From the NCBI GenBank assembly GCA_050251055.1, contig JBFWNL010000006.1:64001-128000 (forward strand): a DNA stretch of 64,000 nt, given 5' to 3'. Under the pieces are notes generated by a model. That model was not told where the DNA came from. It searched no databases and saw only the letters and a list, made by a program, of their open reading frames with translations. Shown here one piece after another: positions 36,896-46,951 of the stretch. A program made the translations under genes and the position numbers. Position 1 is the stretch's first letter; each line of letters starts with the position of its first letter. Origin of the DNA: Bacteriovoracia bacterium. GTDB lineage: Bacteria; Bdellovibrionota; UBA1018; JBFWNL01.

Positions 36896-38298
36896 GCCAC
36901 TCTAAGTAGGGGAGTTATTTCCGTGCTATTTTCTAATGCCAGTAAATTTTTCGGCGTAATTTCTAAAACACCTAGCTGCCGTTCCTCGGGAAAGTCTTTT
37001 ATAGATAGATTGATCTCAGCTAGAGAAATGCTTTTTAACTCTAAGTGTGGCAGAGCCTTTGAAGCGCAAATCGCTGCGGATTCTGTTAGCAAGATCACAT
37101 CCCTTTTGAGAATAGATTTGAAGGTTGCATCTTTTGTTAGCAGATCAATTCTGTTTACAATGTTTGCAGGCTGACCGAGGGCCGTTATCTCTCGAGAGCT
37201 TTCAGTTCCGCCAATATTTCCTGTCACGGCTTCGCCGAATGAGACACAAATAAAACGTTCTGTTTTTTGCTCATCCGAAACTCGTTGATTTGCATCTAGG
37301 GTCTTTTGTGCAATTGCGCACGCCGCCCTTAGGGCATTGATGATGTTTTTTTGTGGATCTACTTGGTCGAAGTAGGCAAATACTAAGTCGCCGATCACTC
37401 TCGGAATTCCGTCGAATTCCTCCACTGTATCCACAGCAGATCTTAAGTTAGGAATGGCTGATTTCCCTAAGAATCCACGTAAATCTTTGGATTTTGTACT
37501 AAATGACCGGATGTCTGTGTAGAGGCATGCGACCGGGCCTACTTTACTTCTTAGGACTTCATTGATGGCTTGGGTTACGGTCTGTTTTTTGTCAGTTATT
37601 AATGTATTTAAACGATTATATATTTCTTTTGGCAAAAACGACCTTATCTGCTCGTTCATTTCTATTTGAAGCTCGATAAGTTTCTTTTGAGTTTCTAGTC
37701 TTTCTTGCTCAAATATAAAGCTAGTTACCTTTAGGTTGAACGTGGACCTGATGGCGACAGTTGCCACAAGGCCGACTATAGCGGCACTTAGTATGTATGA
37801 GTGCTCACCCGTTCTTGCTAAAAAAAATGACAACTGGATGCAGTAAGCTACAAGCAGGTAAGTTGAGCTGAAGAATATCGAATTCGATAGTGTGAGTGTC
37901 GTGATAACTGGAATCAGAATTGAATAAAAATAAGGAACTTCCGGTCTCCACTCCATTGAGAGGCCCTGCATGTAAGAGAAGATCAAACCAGATACCACAA
38001 TAGGTAGACGAAAAAACCGGGTTTGGCTTACAGGTTTATAATAGCTTAACGCTAAACCCGTGAGCGCAACACCCGAACAGAAGAATCTATATTTTGCCCA
38101 AAGCTCGATGGGCTGTTTCCCGAGGGGAATATCAATAAGGTAGTAGTGTGCTACGTAGGCGATTAGAAAAAGCGAAAAGTAGGCGAAAGAAACGGGCCTA
38201 TATCCTAGGCGTTCATTTTGGTCCCACCTGTGTTTCCAGTCTGGACGAATCCTAAGGGTAGGTTGAAAAAAGACAAGTATTGCTTCCAAGACACGCAT
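36892..38298 (-). CDS. Membrane-anchored class III nucleotidyl (adenylate/guanylate-type) cyclase
   Basis: About 6 TM plus coiled coil; YTDIRSFS, RVIGD, GNIG, TALG..AN...R; GTG 38310 is an alternative start. Confidence 0.88.
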   Translation of the reverse strand: MRVLEAILVFFQPTLRIRPDWKHRWDQNERLGYRPVSFAYFSLFLIAYVAHYYLIDIPLGKQPIELWAKYRFFCSGVALTGLALSYYKPVSQTRFFRLPIVVSGLIFSYMQGLSMEWRPEVPYFYSILIPVITTLTLSNSIFFSSTYLLVAYCIQLSFFLARTGEHSYILSAAIVGLVATVAIRSTFNLKVTSFIFEQERLETQKKLIELQIEMNEQIRSFLPKEIYNRLNTLITDKKQTVTQAINEVLRSKVGPVACLYTDIRSFSTKSKDLRGFLGKSAIPNLRSAVDTVEEFDGIPRVIGDLVFAYFDQVDPQKNIINALRAACAIAQKTLDANQRVSDEQKTERFICVSFGEAVTGNIGGTESSREITALGQPANIVNRIDLLTKDATFKSILKRDVILLTESAAICASKALPHLELKSISLAEINLSIKDFPEERQLGVLEITPKNLLALENSTEITPLLRVA

Positions 38299-38385
38299 AG
38301 GGACCCGCACTCCTATGGCATATTAATCGACAGCTATAACAAACGAGTTTAGTTGATAGGCGGGACTGTTATACTTTTGACGGGG

Positions 38386-38946
38386 CTACCCCCCCACCTG
38401 CCCAATAGCCGTCTTGGCGATTTCCCGTATCGCTTCATCTTCATCTGCAAGGAGCTTTTTTAGGGCCGGTAGCGCGGTTTTGGCCGCAGCACCATGGCGC
38501 CCTAGGTTGGAAGCCGCCGCCGCGCGGACGGTTTTGTTGCGGTCGCGGGTGGCTCGGGTCAGGGCATAGATGACGCCGTCCACGGTGGGGTCAGAACGTC
38601 CGAGGCCGGCTACGGCGGCCTGCCGAATGGGGGCGTATTTGTCGCGGACGGCTTCGAATAAAACGGGAATGGCCTCGGGAACTTCACGGGCAATATCACC
38701 TAGGGCGGAGACGGCATTGGCGCGTTGTTCGTCTGGGCGCTCTGATTTCACGATGCGCGTGAGATTGGCCACTAGCGTGCGTTTTGCCTTGGGCGTGAGA
38801 TTCTCCATCTCATTGAGCGCCTCATTATACTCAGGGGCGTTTACGTCGAGCAGGCGCTCGGTCAGGCTCTTTGCGTGTACAGTGAATGAGCCTACCAAGA
38901 GGAAGCCAGCAGCGAATAAAGAAGCGAACAAAATGGGGCGGGCCAT
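38386..38946 (-). CDS. Secreted HEAT/PBS-lyase repeat protein
   Basis: Signal peptide; repeated VR.AA..LG and A.P.L..L.D units. Confidence 0.85.
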   Translation of the reverse strand: MARPILFASLFAAGFLLVGSFTVHAKSLTERLLDVNAPEYNEALNEMENLTPKAKRTLVANLTRIVKSERPDEQRANAVSALGDIAREVPEAIPVLFEAVRDKYAPIRQAAVAGLGRSDPTVDGVIYALTRATRDRNKTVRAAAASNLGRHGAAAKTALPALKKLLADEDEAIREIAKTAIGQVGG

Positions 38947-39174
38947 GCGTCTCAAATCCTCCCTGATTTGATGAAAATGGATCGATGAGACTGTTATTTT
39001 CCAAGTGAATCAACGAAGAGTCAATTTTACAAATTTAATAATTATTTCAACTAGTTAATTTATCATAACCAATCCTCATCTGCTGGATTGACAGGCGGGG
39101 GAGGTTGATTATACGGTGCGTCAAATCTGGATAGGATCCGGTTTTTCGAGAGAGAGTCGAGGAGTATTTTTCAC

Positions 39175-40425
39175 ATGAAAGTTGCGCCGCTGTTTTTGAT
39201 CTTGGCTTTGGCCTTCGGGGAAGTTCGCGCGAACGCGCAGGCGACGCCTCCGGAGCAAAATGCGGCGCCGGCGGCCGTCGTCGTTCAACCCGAGAATAAA
39301 AATACGCTCGCTACGTGGGACCTGGAAGCCAACCAGACCGATGAGCTGGTGATTAAACTCTCGGAAATCAACACGGGCACGGTGGGAACAAATCCAAAAT
39401 TTTTTGTGAATATTGGCGTGAAGATCGAGTATCGGCGTGATGCCAAGCGCACGCGCACGTATACGCGCGAGCTTTTACATTACGTACCGGTTGGTGAAGC
39501 CCCCGCTAACCAATCGAAGTACGTCGACCAGATCTACCGAGTTCGGCTTGGGCGGATTCAACGCGAGCTCGAAGCGAATTTTGAACGCTGGCAAACCGCG
39601 GATATCGTGAATCTCGATCTTTACCTAAACTTCCGTCGGGACCAGGGCTTGGGTTCGACGGACTTGGGAACCTACACCCTGCCGCTAGCGGACGCCTTGG
39701 GCCGGGGTTTTGATTCGGAAGAAGAATTCATGTTCGAGCATGAAGCAAGTGGGTTTTCGGTTGTGGGTGAAGCTTATTCGGAAACGCAAGTAGACATCGC
39801 CATGCGCCGCGCCCAGCGTAAGCGTCTCGAAGCAGGCGAGCTCGAGAAACTGATGCTGGAACTGCGTAGCTCCACGGACGAGCGCATGCGTTCTCTCGAA
39901 GTGTCGAATCAGCGCATGCTCGACAACTTCTCCGAGCTCTTCCAGAAGGTGACCGAGTTGGCGGCGGCTGGGGGCGGCGAAGGGTCGGCGCTCTCCACGA
40001 TGCCGGCGACGATTTTCCTCGTGCGCCACGCGGAAAAAGAAGGGGGAATGGACCCCGATCTTACCCCGGAAGGGCATAAGCGCGCCGAAGCGCTTAAGAA
40101 GATCCTCCAAAAAGTAAAGATCGATGCGGTGTTTGCCACTGAGATGAAGCGGACCCAGCAGACGGTCGCCCCGGTTTGCGAGGCTACGGGCCTCAAGGCC
40201 GAGATCGAACCCTATCACGTGAGCGACGAGCTGGTGCAGAAGCTCAAGAGCAAATACGCGGGGAAAACGGTGCTCGTCGCCACGCACTCGACTTCAATCC
40301 CGGATTTCAGCCGCCAATTGGGATTCACCGAGCCGCTGGATGTCTACGCGTTCGGCGACCTCTTCGTGATCCAATTCGTGGGAAACAAGCCTAAGCTCGT
40401 GGCGAATCTGCATTTCGGGGAATAG
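39175..40425 (+). CDS. Secreted protein: unknown N-terminal domain, coiled coil, histidine phosphatase domain
   Basis: Signal peptide; LVRHAEK, LT.EG..RA, RT.QT, LVATH; TTGACA promoter-like site at 39088. Confidence 0.8.
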   Translation: MKVAPLFLILALAFGEVRANAQATPPEQNAAPAAVVVQPENKNTLATWDLEANQTDELVIKLSEINTGTVGTNPKFFVNIGVKIEYRRDAKRTRTYTRELLHYVPVGEAPANQSKYVDQIYRVRLGRIQRELEANFERWQTADIVNLDLYLNFRRDQGLGSTDLGTYTLPLADALGRGFDSEEEFMFEHEASGFSVVGEAYSETQVDIAMRRAQRKRLEAGELEKLMLELRSSTDERMRSLEVSNQRMLDNFSELFQKVTELAAAGGGEGSALSTMPATIFLVRHAEKEGGMDPDLTPEGHKRAEALKKILQKVKIDAVFATEMKRTQQTVAPVCEATGLKAEIEPYHVSDELVQKLKSKYAGKTVLVATHSTSIPDFSRQLGFTEPLDVYAFGDLFVIQFVGNKPKLVANLHFGE

Positions 40426-40427
40426 CG

Positions 40428-41627
40428 CTAAGGGCGCACGTATATTCCCATCAAAAATTCATCGAAGTAGTCGGCGCTCATATGGAAAAACCCCTCGTCG
40501 CCGGCTCGTTCGCCGTGGCTGTTCTTGATGAGAAATTGAACGGCCTTGCCGTCGGCGTCGGTTCGCACGCCGACGATGTCCACGGCGTGTTTACCGTCGC
40601 CGATTCCGAAAGCCTCACGGTAGCGATAGGCGGGGATGGGTACGCCCTCCGGGCGAAGAAAGCCGTCGATCGTCATGGCGCCCGACGGCTTGTGCATGAA
40701 GGCGGGCACCCACTCGAACGAAGCGGGCACCGATTCGCCACGAGCTAGGCGCGATACGATCTCCGACTTGATTTCGTCCAGGCTTTTGCGTTTTAGAATT
40801 TGGCCACGATCTGGGATGGTGCTGCGACGAGGAAGATTTTCGCCTTCCGCGCGTTTTGCCAGGGCCTGCAATGAATCTGGCAGCGGAGGGCGCGGTGGGG
40901 CTATGTATTCAATCGGCTTGCCGGCCTCGGGTAAAAACTGCTGCTGGAAGGATTTGGCGGTGTACTCGACGCCTTCGTACATGAATTTTTCCGGGGGCGG
41001 ATCTCCCGCGTAGGTTTTGACGATATCGAGGACGTCGGTCCGTGCGCGCTGAAGCAGGGCTTGCTTTACGGCTTCGTCGGTCACGTTGGCGGTTTCGACG
41101 TGGAACTGCGCGATCCGCGCATTGATGAAATAAACGATACGCCGGGCTTGTTCGGGATCCCGAAAATTCACCCGGGGTTTCCACACGGACTCGGGAATCG
41201 CGCCCACGCTGTGGACGATCCAAGCAGCGGCGAGGGTGTTGCCGCCTTCGTAAACGGTTTGTCCCGGCATCTCGAGGGCGTCAAGCGCGCGGAGGCGCAG
41301 GCTCTCCAAGATAATATAGTCTTCGGATAGGTCGATTTTCTTTCCGGTAGATCCCAAGATAAGCGCCTCGTAGTGGGCGAGCGTGCCGTACACCCAGCAT
41401 CCGCCGTAGGCGCACTGATTTTGGATCGGGGTCGTCTTCACGACGTGGGTATAGGTGGTGTCGAGGACGAACCCGGGCCGCAGGCTTGCGAGTTGGGCGG
41501 CATCGGCCATCATCATTTTTAGGCAGATGGAACGGAGGTCGCCCTGGGCGGGATCCTGCGCCCGCGCCCAGAGGGTGGAACTCAGCCCCAGAGCTACCCA
41601 GATCATTATATACAGACGGGCCTTCAC
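40428..41627 (-). CDS. Secreted C1 (papain/aminopeptidase C-like) cysteine peptidase
   Basis: QNQ..GGCW, DLSE.Y, HAV..VG, KNS.G; signal peptide. Confidence 0.88.
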   Translation of the reverse strand: MKARLYIMIWVALGLSSTLWARAQDPAQGDLRSICLKMMMADAAQLASLRPGFVLDTTYTHVVKTTPIQNQCAYGGCWVYGTLAHYEALILGSTGKKIDLSEDYIILESLRLRALDALEMPGQTVYEGGNTLAAAWIVHSVGAIPESVWKPRVNFRDPEQARRIVYFINARIAQFHVETANVTDEAVKQALLQRARTDVLDIVKTYAGDPPPEKFMYEGVEYTAKSFQQQFLPEAGKPIEYIAPPRPPLPDSLQALAKRAEGENLPRRSTIPDRGQILKRKSLDEIKSEIVSRLARGESVPASFEWVPAFMHKPSGAMTIDGFLRPEGVPIPAYRYREAFGIGDGKHAVDIVGVRTDADGKAVQFLIKNSHGERAGDEGFFHMSADYFDEFLMGIYVRP

Positions 41628-41745
41628 CCCCGACTTATCGGCTTTTTTTCAATATTTCCGCCCCCTATTGCGATTCATAACGCATTGAGTTACTACAGCC
41701 GGAACTTTTATAGCGATATCTGCCGCTATTTTGGAGGACGGGTTA

Positions 41746-42801
41746 ATGGATCTCGGGCGTGTTTCGTATGTTACGGCTATTACATCGTTTTTATTATCGG
41801 CTTCGGCCGTCGCGGGTGGTCCGCTGGGTCCGGTGGGCCAGGTTAACCTGCAGGTTCACCAGCCGGGATTGTATCGCGACCTCATGGTTCCGAACCCCAA
41901 CCCGATTCGCAACGAAGATTATCGCCGCTGGACGCCCATGGGTGGCCAATACGGTTGGCGCAGCACGCTTCAGCCGAAGACGATTCAAGATTTTCGTCAG
42001 CGCACCTATGAGTTCCGGCCGCACTATCCCGGCGAGTGGACGCACGGAATGGATGGCCGCCGCAGCCAGGGTGGCAACTCGTATTACATGTTCCCCAACA
42101 AGTGGGGGATTTATCCTCAGCGCGACGAACTGCAACCGCTGCCGACGATTCAGGATCGCCTCAACTATGATCGCCAGTTTTGGAATTCAAATCAGCTGAA
42201 GCATCAGACCGACACAACGTACGTTGCACCGACGCGCTCTCCGTTTGGTCCGACGCCTCCTCCTCCGGGCCCGCCGAGTGGCGCGAATCGCGTGACGTCG
42301 ACGAGTGTCGCGCCTGCACGTGTGAATACCGCGGTCACTCCGCAGCGAGTGGATACGCGCGTGGACAGTCGTTTGCCGAGCAATCGCGTGTCGAGTCAAC
42401 CCGTCATCACGCAACGCTCGGGTACGACGGCCGTGGGTGGTGGAGCGCCGTCGCCGAAGAGTAAGGCGGCCGCCGAGCTGGAAGCCCGCATCTATAAAGA
42501 TATCCCCGAGCTGCGAGCGAACCTTTCGCCGTTAGCGAAGGAGATCCTGATCCTGCAATTCGAAGTGCGCCAAATCATGCAAGACCTGCGTCCGAAATAC
42601 TTGGGCGAGCGCCTGACGGACGAGCAGATTGTAGCGAAGCTCAAGGAACGCGTGGCGCGCGCGGGCGAGCTCTACGAAGGGTTGCATGACGATTACAAGA
42701 TCAGCCGTGAAGAAGCGGAAACCACCCATGACCTCAGCCTGGGAGGGCTGGAAAAACTGGTGCGTGATTGCGAAGCCAAGCTAGGTGTGGGTAAGCCCTA
42801 G
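41746..42801 (+). CDS. Secreted hypothetical protein with low-complexity middle
   Basis: GGAGGA SD, signal peptide, Pro/Ser/Thr-rich linker, helical C-terminus. Confidence 0.7.
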   Translation: MDLGRVSYVTAITSFLLSASAVAGGPLGPVGQVNLQVHQPGLYRDLMVPNPNPIRNEDYRRWTPMGGQYGWRSTLQPKTIQDFRQRTYEFRPHYPGEWTHGMDGRRSQGGNSYYMFPNKWGIYPQRDELQPLPTIQDRLNYDRQFWNSNQLKHQTDTTYVAPTRSPFGPTPPPPGPPSGANRVTSTSVAPARVNTAVTPQRVDTRVDSRLPSNRVSSQPVITQRSGTTAVGGGAPSPKSKAAAELEARIYKDIPELRANLSPLAKEILILQFEVRQIMQDLRPKYLGERLTDEQIVAKLKERVARAGELYEGLHDDYKISREEAETTHDLSLGGLEKLVRDCEAKLGVGKP

Positions 42802-43054
42802 TATTGGAGCGCTTGGCTCCGTTTGGGCTGGGTAAAAAGTCGCGGCACCGTAGGCTTTTGTGCGCTGTGCGGCGCGGTGTTTGGTGGCCATTACCAGACA
42901 TAATATGTCGGAATAAATTTGCTTTACTCAACTTCTTAGGTTTGTTACCCGATAGATCAATCACAAGCCTGATTTTTACATCCACTCACCATCATTTTCA
43001 CTCAGTCGCGATGTAAATCCCTTTCAAAATTTTAGGAGAGAAGGAAATCGGCCT

Positions 43055-44302
43055 ATGCACCTGAAGGAACTCAAAGAGCAGAAGATCGGCTCGCTCGTCG
43101 ACATGGCGAAGAAAATGGGCGTCGAGAACGCCGGGAACCTGCGCAAGCAGGACCTGATCTTCAGCATCCTGCAATCGAAAGCGGAGAAAGACGAACACAT
43201 CTACGCGGACGGCGTCTTGGAATGCCTCCCCGACGGCTTCGGCTTCCTGCGCGCTCCCGACTACAACTATCTGCCGGGTCCGGACGACGTTTACGTCTCC
43301 CCATCGCAGATCCGCCGCTTCGGTCTCCGCACCGGCGACACGGTCAGCGGTTCGGTCCGCGCGCCGAAGGAAGGCGAGCGCTACTTCGCTCTGCTGAAGG
43401 TCGAGCAGGTCAACTTTCAGGCGCCCGAAGGCAACTCCGAAAAGGTTTTCTTCGACAACCTGACGCCGCTCTATCCGAAGCAGAAGATTAACCTGGAATT
43501 CCAGCCGACCAACATGAGCACGCGCATTATCGACATGCTCGTTCCGCTCGGCATGGGCCAACGCTGCCTGATCGTCGCGCCTCCGCGCGCCGGTAAAACC
43601 GTGCTCATGCAGGACATCGCCAACGCGATCAGCACGAACCATCCGGAAGTGAAGCTGATCGTGCTTTTGATCGACGAACGCCCGGAAGAAGTCACCGATA
43701 TGCAACGCTCGGTGAAGGGCGAAGTTGTTAGCTCCACCTTCGACGAACAAGCTTCCCGCCACGTGCAGGTCGCCGAAATGGTCATCGAAAAGGCGAAGCG
43801 CCTGGTGGAAAACAAGTATCACGTCGTGATCCTGCTCGACTCGATCACGCGTCTGGCGCGCGCGTACAACGCGGTGGTGCCGCCTTCCGGCAAGATCCTG
43901 TCCGGCGGGGTCGATTCCAACGCGCTCCATAAGCCGAAGCGCTTCTTCGGCGCGGCCCGTAACGTGGAAGAAGGCGGCTCGCTCACGATCGTGGCCACCG
44001 CGCTTGTCGACACGGGTTCCCGCATGGATGAAGTGATTTTCGAAGAGTTCAAAGGTACGGGTAACTCTGAAATCCACCTCGATCGCAAGCTGATGGAAAA
44101 GCGCGTGTTCCCGTGCTTGGACATCAACAAGTCCGCCACGCGTCGCGAAGAGCTGCTCGTCGAGAAGAGCCTGCTTAATCGCATCCTGATCCTGCGCCGC
44201 GTGTTGCACCCCATGAACGTGCTCGACGCCATGGAGTTCCTGCTCGACAAGATCAAGGATTCCAAGACGAACGAAGCGTTCATCAAGTCCATGGGCGGCT
44301 AG
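43055..44302 (+). CDS. rho: Transcription termination factor Rho
   Basis: [51 protein letters not shown]. Confidence 0.99.
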   Translation: MHLKELKEQKIGSLVDMAKKMGVENAGNLRKQDLIFSILQSKAEKDEHIYADGVLECLPDGFGFLRAPDYNYLPGPDDVYVSPSQIRRFGLRTGDTVSGSVRAPKEGERYFALLKVEQVNFQAPEGNSEKVFFDNLTPLYPKQKINLEFQPTNMSTRIIDMLVPLGMGQRCLIVAPPRAGKTVLMQDIANAISTNHPEVKLIVLLIDERPEEVTDMQRSVKGEVVSSTFDEQASRHVQVAEMVIEKAKRLVENKYHVVILLDSITRLARAYNAVVPPSGKILSGGVDSNALHKPKRFFGAARNVEEGGSLTIVATALVDTGSRMDEVIFEEFKGTGNSEIHLDRKLMEKRVFPCLDINKSATRREELLVEKSLLNRILILRRVLHPMNVLDAMEFLLDKIKDSKTNEAFIKSMGG

Positions 44303-44311
44303 CCTAGGGAT

Positions 44312-45337
44312 TTGCGCTTGAGATTGATCTTCCGAGGTGCGGTGTGGTTTTGCCTGATCGCCGCTTCGGCTTGTTCCGCGCGGTGGCATCATGCCGTACT
44401 TTCTCGAGATTACGTTTTTTTCTACGGCAGCGGGGTGACGGTTTACTCGTTGGATCCGCATTCGGGCGGTCTTTCGCGGGTTGGCTCTTCGACGACTTCC
44501 ATCGACTTCGTTCATCGCTTGGGTTTTCTCTATAGCTCCGGCAAACCTCTGCTTCGGACGGATGGCTTGACGGGGGCGCTCACGGAGATTAGCCAAGGCT
44601 TCGCGGCTTCGTTGGTAGCTTCCGAGAGCCATCCGACCGCCGATTTTTCCTATGCCCATGCGGGGAGTTTTTACGCTTTGTCGATGGATAGCTCGAATGG
44701 CGATCATATTTCTTCGAAGCAGGTGAATACCCGCATATATTCAGGTAATTCTCCGGCGGCGATTCAAGCGCAGGCCCCCTATCTGGCGCTGATCCGCAAT
44801 GGAATCACCGGCGTGGATTGGTTCGATATCGCGCAGGGGGATGCTCCGGTATTGTTGGGAGCCATCACGGAGAGCGTGTTTATTCTATCGATCGCTTTCC
44901 ATCCCACCATCGATATCTTGTGGGCGGGGACGAACGCCCCAGATATACGGGCATATCAGCGGGGCACGGACGGGAGCTTACCCCGAGTCTATTCCGTCGG
45001 GGTGTCGGGGAGTAACTCGGTGACTTCGCTCGCGGTCCACCCGGATGGCAGGATGCTAGTGGCTGCGGCGAATCAGGCACTATTCGTGTACTCGATCGAT
45101 TTAGTGACGCATGAGTTGTCGCTAATGCAAACGGTCGCCTTATCCAATTCTACGGCTGGGTTAGAATTTAATTCTGCGGGAACGTTTCTTTATCTATGCG
45201 ATATCGCCACGAAGTCGGTGACCGTATACGGCGTGGATGAGGAGAGTCATACTCTAGGTAGCGGGCGTGATATCTTTGTTGGCCAAACGTTCAGTTACCC
45301 CTTGAAGATAGTCCGTTTTTTAAATCAATTGAGGTAG
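44312..45337 (+). CDS. Beta-propeller protein (lactonase/Pgl-like), possible lipoprotein
   Basis: Blade repeats (AFHP, AVHPDG, FNSAGTFLY, VY.ID...L); N-terminal ASAC. Confidence 0.65.
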   Translation: MRLRLIFRGAVWFCLIAASACSARWHHAVLSRDYVFFYGSGVTVYSLDPHSGGLSRVGSSTTSIDFVHRLGFLYSSGKPLLRTDGLTGALTEISQGFAASLVASESHPTADFSYAHAGSFYALSMDSSNGDHISSKQVNTRIYSGNSPAAIQAQAPYLALIRNGITGVDWFDIAQGDAPVLLGAITESVFILSIAFHPTIDILWAGTNAPDIRAYQRGTDGSLPRVYSVGVSGSNSVTSLAVHPDGRMLVAAANQALFVYSIDLVTHELSLMQTVALSNSTAGLEFNSAGTFLYLCDIATKSVTVYGVDEESHTLGSGRDIFVGQTFSYPLKIVRFLNQLR

Positions 45338-45349
45338 ATTGTTCAGTCT

Positions 45350-45997
45350 ATGGTGAGAGTGATCGCAATTGTGTCGTTGGTGTGGGGGTTAGGCGAGATC
45401 GCGCAAGCAGCGCCGCGTGAGTTCAAGTGCGAGCAGGATCGGTGGCAAGCTTGCGCCGCCGAAACCACCTGGCAGACGAAGAAGTTTCGCACGGCTAAAG
45501 GAAAACCGTTCACGGTCCGTTATCTGAAGAGCTCCCCCGCCGCGTGTGGCAACGAATCTTATCCTAGCATCGAAGTGAACGCGCCTAGCGCCATGCAGTG
45601 GATACAGATAATCGAGACGAATAGCTTTTCACTAAAGGACGCCGGCGCACCGGGTCTTGAGGTGGAGTTACCGAAGATCGGGAAAGTATACGTGGATACT
45701 TCCGGATCTCATGCGGCCAAAGGCCTGCCGTTTTACACCGATGCGCCGCAGACGATGATGGCGGATTCGCCTTGTTTCGAAAAATTAGGGGAAGCAGCTT
45801 TGAATTGGCAGGCTTTCGTTTTTGCGTTGGAAGAGCGTCACGGACGCCTAGCCCCGGTCTTCGCCGGCAGCTGGGGCTACGCTTGGGATTCCACCTCTGG
45901 GCAGATCAAGCCGATGGACTTCAAGCGGGTAAGTCTCAATAAGTGGAAAAACTACCGCGGATTGATGCGCGAAAAATTTCCCGCGCTAAAGTGGTAA
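45350..45997 (+). CDS. Secreted hypothetical protein
   Basis: Signal peptide (AQA-A); 215-aa ORF following in the same direction. Confidence 0.65.
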   Translation: MVRVIAIVSLVWGLGEIAQAAPREFKCEQDRWQACAAETTWQTKKFRTAKGKPFTVRYLKSSPAACGNESYPSIEVNAPSAMQWIQIIETNSFSLKDAGAPGLEVELPKIGKVYVDTSGSHAAKGLPFYTDAPQTMMADSPCFEKLGEAALNWQAFVFALEERHGRLAPVFAGSWGYAWDSTSGQIKPMDFKRVSLNKWKNYRGLMREKFPALKW

Positions 45998-46013
45998 ACC
46001 GTTCGCGAGTAGC

Positions 46014-46523
46014 CTACCGTGGCCGTTTGCGATCCGACCAGCCGTCGTGACTGCCCAGCTTTGGCTCGGGATGCCCTTCCCAGTAGAATCCGCGAGTTTT
46101 CATTTCTTCGTTTCGCTTAGGATGCTTGGGGTAGTAGATTTTATCGCCCGCGGGATCACGCTCTCCCACCACGATTAGTTTCACGATCTCTTTGTCGTTA
46201 TTGATGATGCAATGGGCTTGCCCGGTTCCTGGAGGAAAGCTGACGCAATCGCCCGGGCCGAGATCGTAGATCTCACCGTCGATCCAAGCCTGGGGTCTGC
46301 CTTCGAGCACGAAAACGAATTCTTCCTCGACACTGTGGGCGTGGGGCCAAGATGTGCGATCACCCGGTTGAAGGACCTCATAGTTCACCGCGATCCGCTG
46401 CATGCCCATTTTTCGGGCGAGTGCGGCTCCCGTTCCAAAAGTCTCGGGGTCGCCGGGATAGGAGAAGGTCTGCGACGTGTGCAGCTCGTCGCAATGCTTG
46501 ATGCAATCCGGACGTGTTTTCAT
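46014..46523 (-). CDS. Cupin domain protein
   Basis: PG..SW.HAH..EEEFV.VLEG, GD...FP.GTG.AH...N; ATGA overlap with the grx stop. Confidence 0.88.
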   Translation of the reverse strand: MKTRPDCIKHCDELHTSQTFSYPGDPETFGTGAALARKMGMQRIAVNYEVLQPGDRTSWPHAHSVEEEFVFVLEGRPQAWIDGEIYDLGPGDCVSFPPGTGQAHCIINNDKEIVKLIVVGERDPAGDKIYYPKHPKRNEEMKTRGFYWEGHPEPKLGSHDGWSDRKRPR

Positions 46524-46771
46524 CGGAGCGATTTCAGCTGGTCCTGGCGGTCGAGATCGGCCAACTGTTCGTAACCGCCAATGAGCTGGTCCCCCGCGAA
46601 TATCTGCGGAAAAGTGCGCATTCCCGAGCGCGCGAGCAGCGCTTCGCGTTTCTCGTCGTCGTTGCGGTCGACCCAAATTTCCTCGAAGGCGATGCCGCGT
46701 TGGGTGAGCAAGCTCTTTGCGCTCGTGCAATAAGGGCAGGGGGTGATGGTGTAAACCACGACTTTCTTCAT
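46520..46771 (-). CDS. grxC: Glutaredoxin 3
   Basis: CPYC, TFPQIF, IGG. Confidence 0.92.
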   Translation of the reverse strand: MKKVVVYTITPCPYCTSAKSLLTQRGIAFEEIWVDRNDDEKREALLARSGMRTFPQIFAGDQLIGGYEQLADLDRQDQLKSLR

Positions 46772-46951
46772 GATTTCCTTTCTAACATCCGGAGGCGGGA
46801 ATGCGGCGGAAATCTCGTACGCTTCGTTTTAGTTTGGTCCTGCTGTCTAAGAACTAGTCAGCTGTAAACTGCGCAAACGCCGCGGAAAAGCCGGGATTTT
46901 TTGATTGTCATCCGGGCAAAAAAAGTTTATTTATGCAGCGCATCAAATTTT

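Larger units (their letters stand above)
33300..38385. other. AT-rich, probably horizontally acquired three-gene signalling island
   Basis: Abrupt drop in GC (visual estimate about 40% against about 60%) and AT-ending codons; no integrase or flanking repeats seen. Confidence 0.75.

Noticed and set aside
33300-38385. Pycsar/CBASS defence system or mobile element
   Set aside because: The cyclase is TM-anchored with no adjacent cNMP-binding TIR/TM effector; no integrase, transposase or target-site repeats seen
42998-44707. 569-aa minus-strand ORF
   Set aside because: Antisense shadow of rho caused by biased high-GC codon usage; no recognisable motifs
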